A DNA stretch of 63,997 bases, filler included, from Salisapilia sapeloensis CBS 127946 (taxonomy: Eukaryota; Protista; Oomycota): the NCBI GenBank assembly GCA_023334545.1. It is 11 parts of 11 records of this genome, joined end to end, with 100 filler letters (N's around TTAATTAATTAA, not from the genome) between each part and the next. Parts side by side here need not be neighbours in the genome. Positions count along the whole stretch, not along the records: positions 1 to 25,980 come from JAADVB010000244.1; positions 26,081 to 47,081 come from JAADVB010000290.1; 9 more parts are not named here. The stretch is one strand, 5' to 3'. Position numbers and translations under genes: made by a program. The first letter of the stretch is position 1, and each line of letters starts with the position of its first letter. Shown in pieces: positions 23,400-34,027 of this stretch. Under the pieces are notes generated by a model. It saw nothing but the letters and a program-made list of their open reading frames with translations. It was not told where the DNA came from and did not search any database.

Positions 23400-25272
23400 T
23401 GCGTTACTTCACTTTGGTAATTCGTTACACTTGCTGCAATATGCGACGATGAATATTGCTCTGATGGATTGTGATGGAGGTAGATTGAAACATTTAAATG
23501 GCCATTACTTGCCGCACCATGCAAGGCCTTTCGTGAGCATCCCTCTGCTCAATTTTCATTCAGAAACTTGACGATGTTGCAATGCCCGATTGGCTGGTTT
23601 TGTCCATCGCCCCGTGAGTGCATCCCTCTCGTCTATTTCCATGCAGCAATGGGACGACGTCTAGAAACCCGTTTGCATTCGCATCGTTCATCACTCTAAT
23701 AGTATATCCTTCCGTACGATGTTCGTGTAAGAACTGGACAATGTCTAGGTTACCACCACTACCTGCGTTGTCCATGGCGTTGGCAGTGCACCCTTCACTT
23801 CGGTTTACATACAGCCACTTGACCATTGAAAGCTGACCGAGATAGCATGCGGCATCCATAAATTTTACTGTGCATCCGTCTCCCGATTTACATGCAAACA
23901 CTTTACAACGTTTATATGCCCATAGACTGCTGCCGTGTTCCATTTTTTGGTACAATCAACACGTTGTGTCTCTAGAAGAAATTGGATGACATCTAGATAA
24001 ACATATTTAGCTGCTTTTCGAGTACATGACTTCACGTTCACTTCTCCTACATTCAAAAGATGTGAAAGTGTTTGAATGTCAGCATCTCGTACCACTGCTT
24101 TTTTGGCTGCATGCTCATTCGCATCCGGATACAAAGCATAAATAAGTTTCAACACCTCCACACGATAGTAAGTTTCAATATTTTTCTTTGTTATATTTAT
24201 GAGTTACACTGCAATGTGCAATTGACATTGGTCAATCGTAAGCGACAACATCTTCGGCTTACATCTCTCGAGTAGGACTGGACAGTACGCTTGAAACATG
24301 CGGATATGATCGATATCACCATCGCGAACTCTTCGAAGCAGTCCACATCTACCTTCATTATGATGGATAGGCGTATCGAACATGATCAAACGTACCGCAT
24401 GGGCACCTATCCTGAAATCTCCTCCATATAATAGCTTTGTCAGGATTTCCTTTCCGTCGCTCGCCACAATGGTCTAACATCCACTTGATCGTTTCTAGTT
24501 GTCCATCCCGAGCTGCTAGTTCAAGTAGCTTCTAAGACGCATCAGATGCCATCGCTACTGCCCGTTCTGATAGCCATTCGAGGATGTGGATGTGACCATT
24601 GAGAGCTGCGCCTTCTATAGCTTTGAAAGTGAAGCCTTCATTTCGGTTTTATTCTAGCCACTCTAACATTGGCAAGTGGCCATTTGCTGCTGCTTCATCC
24701 AAAGCATAGGTTGTACATCCTTCTGTACGATCGCAATGTAGCCATTGAGCAACTTCAAGATTACCTTGACCACATGCATTGCCCATGACATGGCATGTGG
24801 CATCACCTCTGATGTCATCTCCGAGCGAGTGGTGTCATTGGATTGTTTCTAATAAATCTCTCTTAGCTGCAGTATCCATGCATGGATATGTGCAAAATGC
24901 AGAAGGTCGATTGGCATAAATCCATTTGGCTAATTCTAAATGCCCATGCATGACAGCAACGTCGAGAGCTCAAAGCGGGAGGAACCATTCGGCACGAAAG
25001 ACATGGAGGGTTATAACTACTTTGAAATGACTATTTTTAGCAACGTTAATGACTGCATCAACCCATTCGAGACTAGGGACGGAACATTCTACGAGGGAAC
25101 ACCATCGCTGGAGAAGATGAGGTGAATCGAAATTAGCTCGTGAAATGGACATGCGTGGAGATTGATGGAGGAAAGAAGAGATGAACTCAGCGAAGTCATC
25201 TATAAGTGACAGAAAGTAGAGCTGTTTGCTTCGGATAACCACTCTCGTACAAATAAAGGGCGGAAGGGCCAT
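23400..25272 (-). pseudogene. Ankyrin-repeat pseudogene of the same family as 43343-45361
   Basis: N-terminus MALPPF...FISSFL...LLQRW matches MRPPAF...LISDFI...LLKRW. Repeats such as NLEVAQWLHCDRTEGCTTYALDEAAANGHL broken by stops and frameshifts. Confidence 0.8.
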
Positions 25273-25980
25273 TTTGGTGCTAGATTTGTCCCTCGCGGGC
25301 GATTGAAGAGCATATGAAAACTCAAGGGGACGACTGAACAGAATCTGGTCCATTATTAATTGGAAGCGGGAAACTTTTCGAAAGGTTCGATCTGCCTACA
25401 TTTTTATGGAAGAGGAATCCAGTCGTACCAGAATTCAGTTCGTGATGCTTTGAGATGGCCCATAATGGTGGTACTCGCCAGTGTATCCGCTGGACATCGA
25501 TTGGTGTCAAAGTTAGGCTGCATGCAGCTGAGACGATACAAGATATGTCGTGATCTTATATTATGGAGGCTTCGAAAGGCGATATAAAATGATCAATGCC
25601 CACAAAAGACTATATATTTTGTAAGTAGCAAAGCTGGGAAGTTTTTAAATTGGAAGATCATAGGCGAAGCGGTAACCTAGTGCAGTTGCCGGTATATTGT
25701 CCGTGGGGTCAAAATGCTCAAAACCCGTTTTATAAGTTCATGTCTTGAGTACTGATGTTTTGATCGACCGATTCAAATAATTCTTTATCCTATAATCCAA
25801 TATCAGCTACCACCGGAGGTAGCTGATATAGAAATGTCGGACGTTGATCACCTGAATGGTGGGGTAATTCTGCAGGCCGATGAAGATAATCGTGCGCACA
25901 TACTATTGATAGCTTTTGCATGGTCTGCAAACTTTCACTCTCTCTAACGTATCCGTTTATGACGCGTTTCAGAACTGTGA

Positions 25981-26080
25981 NNNNNNNNNNNNNNNNNNNN
26001 NNNNNNNNNNNNNNNNNNNNNNNNTTAATTAATTAANNNNNNNNNNNNNNNNNNNNNNNNNNNNNNNNNNNNNNNNNNNN
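25981..26080. other. Artificial assembly spacer; same spacer at 47082-47181, 51856-51955, 53458-53557, 54899-54998, 56078-56177, 57336-57435, 58664-58763, 60036-60135, 62898-62997
   Basis: Every gap is 44 N + TTAATTAATTAA + 44 N, giving stops in all six frames. Confidence 0.97.
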
Positions 26081-26234
26081 GATTAACGCTAAATACAACC
26101 AGTTCTTATTTTGCTTTCTAAAGCACAAGTGTCTTACACTACTTCCGTACTTTTTAAGTACAAGAGTTTCATACTCCGCGTTTTACGCTTCCCTTACGTT
26201 TAAAGGGCTATCGTTGTGACTTCCGTCACACTTG

Positions 26235-27326
26235 GAATGGTACGACAGGTGATCAGTCTATTGCAAGTGTGTACTTAAGAGTCGGATGGTCAGCAGGCGG
26301 TGTACAGGATAGATACATACGCTATGAATCCGCTGACGACCAGTACCTCGGCCGTGTAGTGGCTAGTTTACCATTGGATAAGGCTGGCTTTGCTATTTTG
26401 CCACCTCACTGCAATGATAGCAGCAACATCACGCTAAGTGAATGCTTAGTCAATCTCTATCCTACACTCCACAGTGTTAGCCATTTGCAAGATGCACTTA
26501 AGATATGTATTGTCTCACTTGTACAGCACAGCGGTTATTTTAGAAAAACAGTACCATCTGCGCATCCATTGCTGTCTACATACATATTCAGAAATAATGA
26601 CAAATTATATAAACTTAAGACCATACTTGTGACTCGTCATTCTGGACGGATTAAACTGACAGGTATACCGCCCCATGTCGAGCTACATCAACAGCTTTAG
26701 AAACTTCAAAGGTTGGTCAACGAGCTGCCGCCTCTACTCGTATATAAGTTAAGGTATCGAAGAAATAGAATAGCCGCTAGAAAATTTGCCAAGAAATTAC
26801 TTGAGGGGACAATTTTAAAATCACTGCAATCGTTGGGAGCCACACACGAATTCTCAACTTCAGCTTGATCAATGTAAATAGTTTCGTCAGAATGTTATTC
26901 TTTCAACGGAGGTAAATTTGATCTCTTGCCTGAAAGCTTCACGTTTTCATGCATTGACGCATTTGGAGCTAGGAAACTCTGGTGGTTTAGTGATGTAAGT
27001 GAAGGACATCCAGCCTCTTCGAAAGGCTCAAACAATCGATCTTCCTTGCCAAAGCATGAAGAAAACCTACTCGGACTGGTCAGTGCTCATGAAGTATATA
27101 GTTAAAGCAGCAGAAGCTAACGGTGCAAGCATACCTAACAACATCAATGAGTTATAGGTCACTCGTATTTTAAACGTTGGAATACGCCACTTACCTTTGG
27201 CTACGACAAACTGTAAGCGAAGACTCGCTGATCTCTCTCTCATCACTACACTTTGGTTTGTCCGGGAGTTAAAGAAAATGGAAGCTAGAAAACGGTTGCG
27301 CGCTCTTGGTTCGATTAGTACCTAAT
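26235..27326 (+). mobile_element. Decayed C-terminal part of a Crypton-like (tyrosine-recombinase/NDC10-II type) element
   Basis: SIASVYLRVGWSAGGVQDRYIRYESADDQYLGRVVASLP...FAILPPH, then GGKFDLLPESF...LWWF...YSDWSVLMK across stops and frameshifts. Family recalled from memory. Confidence 0.55.
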
Positions 27327-30300
27327 CCATCCAATTAATGATAATTATACGGTATCTCTGCCATTCTACAATTTTGCAAGATAACTGAATAGCACTGTGA
27401 AAATGGATACTGCCAAAAATCAGCTATAAAACGATCTCTCAAATACAAAAGAGCAAAGTCGGCTAGAACGAAGCAACCATTACATAAGACACAACATGAT
27501 CTATTTTTGAGGTTGCGTAGGATTGGTTGAAAATGTACGTATGTCACAATGCGTGATGGTAGACTCAAACGTAGCAAATCAAAACATCCAAGCTGTTATC
27601 GGTGAGTTCCAAGAAACAAACTATAGGGGAATTAACTGCAATGGCTCGCGGCAATGCCAGACAAATATTGCATGAGATCGATGGTTGGTGACGTCACGAT
27701 AAAGTGAAATGTAGAATTTCCATTTGTAGTCCAGATGCAATTTGGTTTGCTCATATACAAACTGCTCCCTCAGCGGTTTAGATTTTCACATACACTTTAT
27801 AATTCGTTCAGATAGCCTGTCGCTTTATTTACGTGAAAATAAAGTCCAAACGTCTATATTTAGCAGTACAAAGAGCGTTGGGTGAACTGTACTTATGCAC
27901 AAACTCCAGGGAAATTTCCATTACTTCTTGTATTCACTACAGCTAGAATGGCTTGTGCAAAAACTCATAAATCCGTTTTCTTCCGTATATTGAACCTCCA
28001 ACATGAGCGTCGATTCCACATTTCGAGTTTGTCCTATATGCCGAACCTCCTATATATTCAACTCAATTACACTCTATGGTGTTTGAGTCATAGGAATACG
28101 ACGACAAGTTATAGAAAGAAAAAGAGCGGTTACACATGTGTGAATAGATTTGGTGAACTACTACCACTATCAATACATCCATACGTATGTGACTAAGGGA
28201 GATGGGTAGATGGAAACTCGAGCAACGCACGCTCTTCACTACAAAATATCGAAACACAATTTATTCCCAACAGAAGCAACACGAGGCAGGACAACGCTGA
28301 TCAGAGCTTTTGAGATGCCGTACCAGGCTAAAGATTGTCGATTTCAAGGTGGCGGGCAACAAACCCAAAGGTGGCTGGGTTGCTAGTAGTTTCTTGATGG
28401 GTTTCGGGGCAAACTGCGTGGTGGCGGGCGCCATGGGCATAAAGATGGCTAACGGTGTTGTGGATTTGTGGTACAAGTGGCTAGCAGTACCGGCGCTTAT
28501 AGTGTGGAGATGCCCAATTTATTCGGAGCAACAAGTTGGCGAAAAGCAATAGGAAACATAAAGCTCCTTAGTAAAGAGCAGATGATGCACGATAGAAGTA
28601 GTACAGTTGATAATGTGTGTGCGTATGAATTGGATTCGGATATCCTGAACGACGATGCATATACCAATACGTTATGAAGTCGGGCGAGGAGCCGATCGTT
28701 GCGTTGGATGATGTGGATTCGAAAGAGAGCCGTATTGCTGATAACTGAAAGTCCGAGACATTGACCGACGAAAACGACTTTTAAACCCACACGGCATCGA
28801 GATTAACTGATTGAAAGTATTTTAAAACAGTGAAAGATGTAAGTGCATTAAAAGACATGCGCAAAATAGGTGGAAATGTCGTACTTTAATTTTGGTGATG
28901 CTTAATGTGATGACCTCACGAGCAATGCTTTTGTATTTGCGCATGTCTTTTAGGTTCAGCTAACTTTCATAACCATTCGAAGTGCGATGGCCTGTACGAA
29001 GTACCTAGTGATAACAACGCTTCTGTATAACGAGTAGCGGAATATCCATTTTCTCTGCTTTCTTTTGCTTTACCTCATCAATTATGGCCGTAGATCACTG
29101 TGAAACCCAATGTACACTATCGCCAGCATTTGGGCGAGTGTGAGCGCGTACGCGCTATCCGGTAAAAGCATCATAAAACAGGACGAGTAGACAGTGGATG
29201 TTCGGCACCGCCTCGCACACGTTGACTCTTTAGTACCACGGATGTCACCATGCGTGATGAGATTGCTCATTGTGCACACGTTATGCCAGCAAAAGGGGGT
29301 AATACTACCATATTGTTGTCTACAGTGCAGTGACGAAATTTTGGAACATTTGAATACTACATTTCTTGCAATCGATTATATCATGCGATCTACAGTCTAT
29401 ATTTCACCGACAAAATTCATCTTGCGCAACGACAAATTGCGTTTAAAAGCTATAAAGCGTTATTAGTATGATGGATCTGATATTTACCCGCAGGTATGTC
29501 GCTGGAGCCGTTATGATCTGTAACGAGAACACACTTCTATCTTAATCTCGTTGAAAACCAACACGGCAGTAAATTATGATTAAGTTCTACAAATGAAACA
29601 CAATGTTCTTCGCAACGTGTTGTTCTAGTACGCCGTACTTGTGCTAACATAGAGATGTTCCCAAGTGAGAAAAACGTTTTCGAGTGCCATCACCTGTCGG
29701 TAATCTGCGTGGATCACCGCCGTCATTTGAAATGTAGATGACCTCTCCCAACTGAAAGCAGACGCATCTTGGCGTCTTGCCATTACTGACCGGTTTTATA
29801 CTATCATCTCACTCGTACTAGAAGTTATCCATCAAAGAGTATATTTCACGTTCACGGACCAAATCTATCAATTGAGCTCTCGAAAAGAAATTGTTACGAA
29901 GAGGGCGATGTGCACAGTAAAAAATTCGCGGTATCGAGCCGCCAAACATGACAAAATGTAGACAAATGCAACATGTTTCCACAAATCACTAATGAAATAT
30001 GAATGAATAGCGCGCCAGTGCACCTGAACCATACTGGTGACAGCCGCATATTTGCAGTGTAAGGCTTTAATTCCTTTCTGATAATATCATAAATTCCTTT
30101 TCAGGCATTATTCTTGGGTGTCACAGGAACTCTCCTACCCGTTAGCAAACTTACACATACAGTAGGGGAAACTTTATAAAACTAGGGGTAAGAATTTATT
30201 GATTCTTAGACTATGTCCAAACACATTCTGGCCTACTCATACCTCCCATATGCTTATTCAAGGATGATAGACCATATAATCATACGTACCAATAAAAAAA

Positions 30301-33300
30301 CCAACGTAATCAAAGTAGCTATAGTATCTAAAGTAACGCTACGCATTGCCTATTACATCAGCTAAATGTTCTCGGATCACATTCACTATTCGAAAGAAGA
30401 GTGGCCAAAGCATAATCAGTCAAATTAACAGACATGATTTGATCAAATTTGGCCTGTATTAGCCGATCCCCGTACACAGCGGTGTCGTATCGTGTAATAG
30501 TTAATTTCTTCTTTTTTCCTTCCCACAAAATATGAAGTGTCCTGTTGGTTATCCCATACAAACGAAGGAGAAATATGAAGTACTGATACTGGTCATAGTA
30601 GATCAAACATTCTGATAGGCTAAATTATTCGTTCAAATAGTTTAGGACATCTAGACACTAGTCGCAAAGGACTTTTTGGTCTCAAGGGCATATTTCCTAC
30701 TGAACAACCTGCTCTATCCTTTGCCCTTGCACTCGACTTCTCTACCAATGCCTCCGATGCTTTCCGCTTTCTGATATTGTGTATTTCAGCCAAATTTGCC
30801 AATGCGGTGAAGTTTTAGCTCCAACTATAATTAGAAAAGATAACTTGATTAGTAAAAGCATATTTCGTTAAGTATGATTTCGCTTTTATTGTATGTTTTT
30901 AGCATCAAAGAAGCGACATAAATTGCCAAGGGTAGCATTAAGTTGGCGTCTTGCCAACCTTTCTTTGCATACTTGATTTTATGTATTTAAAAATGGCAAG
31001 GTTTTGAGTTGATTTCCCCGAGCAATGGGATCAATTGCAAACTGAAATCTAGAACAACACCCGCAACATCCTTTCGTCCTTTTACTTGATCCCCGTATAC
31101 CACTGCATTTGCATTTCACTTGATGTTCGATTAATCATCATTTGTTCATATCAAAATCTCACAACGACGTGCGAAAGGATAGTGCTAAGTATCAGCTACT
31201 GTACAACACTTCCGGTATTGGGCATATTGTATGTCGGAAGTCGCTTGCAGGTTTGAAGGAAAATGAAAAGTAGTATTGATGTTAGACCCTAAAACGAAAA
31301 ACCTTCTTCTGTCCCTTGGCATCCCCAATAGCCAATATGAATGAATACCGTCCTTTAGTATGTCATGCCTGCTATCTTTCTTTTGTCGACATCGTCTCAG
31401 TGATCCTTAGCAAATCACGTCGTTCGCGGCATTCTTCTGGTGCTGCTGCGGTCGCCATCGTCTATGCATGCTCCATCATTGTACCTGCCGGTTTCTTGGA
31501 TTCGTTCGCGTCCGTTGACACCCCGCATGTTGCCTGGATCCACCTAAGTGTTGGTCAAGCTAGCGAGACCTTCAATCTTTCCGATCGGTAGCTTCCACCA
31601 GTTCGTCATATCCTTTAGCTTGCTTTTACTGGTTCCTTCGCACACACACACACCACCATCAGTATCTTCTTCTAAGACTAAGACTGAATACATAAGATCA
31701 CTGGTTCTGGGGATGCACTTATCTTCTCACTGCTGGTTACTGATCTTTCTCTTTAGTAGCTGTTTTAAGCACCCCTACCTCCTCCAAAACGCTTTATCAA
31801 CTTGGGTGAGTCCTAATGCAGCTTGTTTGCGCATGAAAGCATACACGATAGGTTACCGCCACTGGTTGCTACTGGTTCCGTCTCCGACCAGTTGCCGTTG
31901 CTTTCTTCCAGCTCGTGGTCCTTGCATCGGTATGTTTATGTTCGACAGCACCGCTTGAGCACATCTACACTCTTCAGTAAGCTGCCTTCCACTTGGTACC
32001 AGGCGTGACCGACTATCCATGGTTGTTTCTGGTTATATCGTGGTATCCATCGGTTCGAACCGACTGTTACTGGTATATCGCTTGTGACCAAAGGTACTGG
32101 GTATGATAACGGTTGTCGTATTCCCTTATAGATCTTGACAGGCTTCACTTTCCTCGCTATCAGAAGTTTTTAAATTAAAGCCGTCTTCATCACCAGTATT
32201 CTCGAGTAGCAGTTGGTATTATCAACCAGCTCGGATCTATCGGTACCGAGCAGTGGCCAAATTCTGATGGCATATCATCACATTGCCAAGGCGAAAGACT
32301 TAAAAGTGAATTGCCAAGATCAACAAGCGGCATTTTAAAATTGATTGTCGTATGCAAGCGTCTACGGGTGTAAATGACTTGATCTTTGTATGTTTTGAAA
32401 TTTACCATGTCGCAACATGTAACAAGATAAGTGTTTATTGACTATATAGAAGAAAATTCCTTTCATCTCTTTCGGCAATATATTCAACAGACCTACGAGT
32501 TCATTTTATACTATAAAACATATACTAATTTTTATTTGTGCATTCGCGAATTTGGTCACTATGATGTTAGTCTTTGATATATGGTTCAAACGCGACGTAT
32601 TCGCAAAATAATTTAGATAAGATACTCTAGTATGCCAATAGGGGTTTTCAGATATTCGATTCTTTTGCTGTTTTTCTCGAGTCGTCTTTTGGCAAAAATC
32701 ACTCCAAGAAATGCGCTTTTGCAGGTGCATCTTTCGAGTGATTTTTTGCCAAGAGTAAATTATATTTTCTTGTCAAAATTGATAGACTAAAATTAAGATA
32801 GAAGTACATTTTAAGAGGTAAGCTTTTGAAAGGTCGCGCAGGTTGACAGACATTTAAAAAAACACAGTAATGTGGTATATGGAAACCTGGACTTTGCCAT
32901 GCGATTTTACAGGCCTAATACATCGTCACGGAGCTTAGAGGCACATCAGTGTCTCGACTTTAAGCAATGCACGTGTATGGACGATTTAAATAGCACGAGT
33001 AGTCAATGCAGGTGTAGAAAATGAGCTGGCTTTCTCGCAAAATTATAAATAAAGAATCGATTTCGTTGTGATTGTCTAGTATCTACTTGATAAATAAGCA
33101 TAGGAGTCCCCAACCACCGTCTCTCACAAGAACTTACTGTACTTGCTTGACTCAAATATGAATATGAATGCTGGTATGATGCTTGAGAGGGACAACTAAT
33201 CAGTACAATCGATAGGTGTGGTTTCTGAGTAGCATAAAAAGGAATTCCAAAACTAAAGACCCTTGCAATCGATACTGGCACCTCCGGAGTAATCTTATCC

Positions 33301-33306
33301 CAGAAA

Positions 33307-33868
33307 CTACAAAGTCTGAAACCCCCTAATATAAAATAATGTATATGTTCTGTTGTTAAAGCACTTGGATAAGAGTATCTTGCTTGGTATAGCTGGACAA
33401 TGGTAACTCTGCGAAATGTCCGAAATGAAACTGGTACTACTCCCACCAGCGGAATTGGAACGCCGTAGGTAGAGCCTAGAATACTTTGCCGATTTACATG
33501 GATAGAGTCGTGGTAGACAACAGAGCGCATGTGCGTCACTCGGCGCATTTAAAAGATTTGTATTAATCAACTTCAGTTCACTTGTGCGACTCTATCGATC
33601 TCTCCTTGCAGACTTCAATGGATCCGAGTGGAATCAAGTGAAACCGAGCTCCATCTGTACCACGGCTGACCGGATGCAGCCAGCACCTGCGCTCGAACTT
33701 CAAGATGGAAGGCCAGTTCGATGTCTGGGCGCTAGTCCCATAAAATGGCCGCGTCGGTAGCCAATCAGGCGACGTCAACTTAGATGGGGAGGAACTGCGG
33801 CTAGAGAAGTGAGGTCGGCCGAACGAGTCCTGTGGACGTGACGCTCTAGCGCTCTCTTTCCAAGTCAT
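33307..33868 (-). CDS. Possible spliced hypothetical gene, head-to-head with the AGC kinase
   Basis: ORF from ATG 33868 joins ORF 33307-33570 in frame through a short putative GT-AG intron (~33539-33581) with a weak donor. No domain recognised. Confidence 0.3.
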
Positions 33869-34027
33869 ACTCGACGCGTTGACCGAAGCACCAGGCGAAA
33901 GTGGTATATCCGTAGGTTCACCTACTGACACGTTTCGGCCGAGTTCGTATTCCGTGGCATCTTGTACAAATTTTTCTCAGGTGCCTCGACCAAATCAGTC
34001 GCGCATTCGCTGAAAAAACAAAACACG

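Noticed and set aside
26025-26036. TTAATTAATTAA repeated ten times, like a regular repeat array
   Set aside because: Always centred in an identical 100-nt N block: an artificial six-frame-stop linker.
28261-28552. PLGLLPATLK as a non-LTR reverse-transcriptase fragment
   Set aside because: No YxDD or other RT motif nearby.
31316-32408. Possible decayed LTR gag or zinc knuckle
   Set aside because: No intact CX2CX4HX4C, LTR, PBS or pol motif; stops in all frames.
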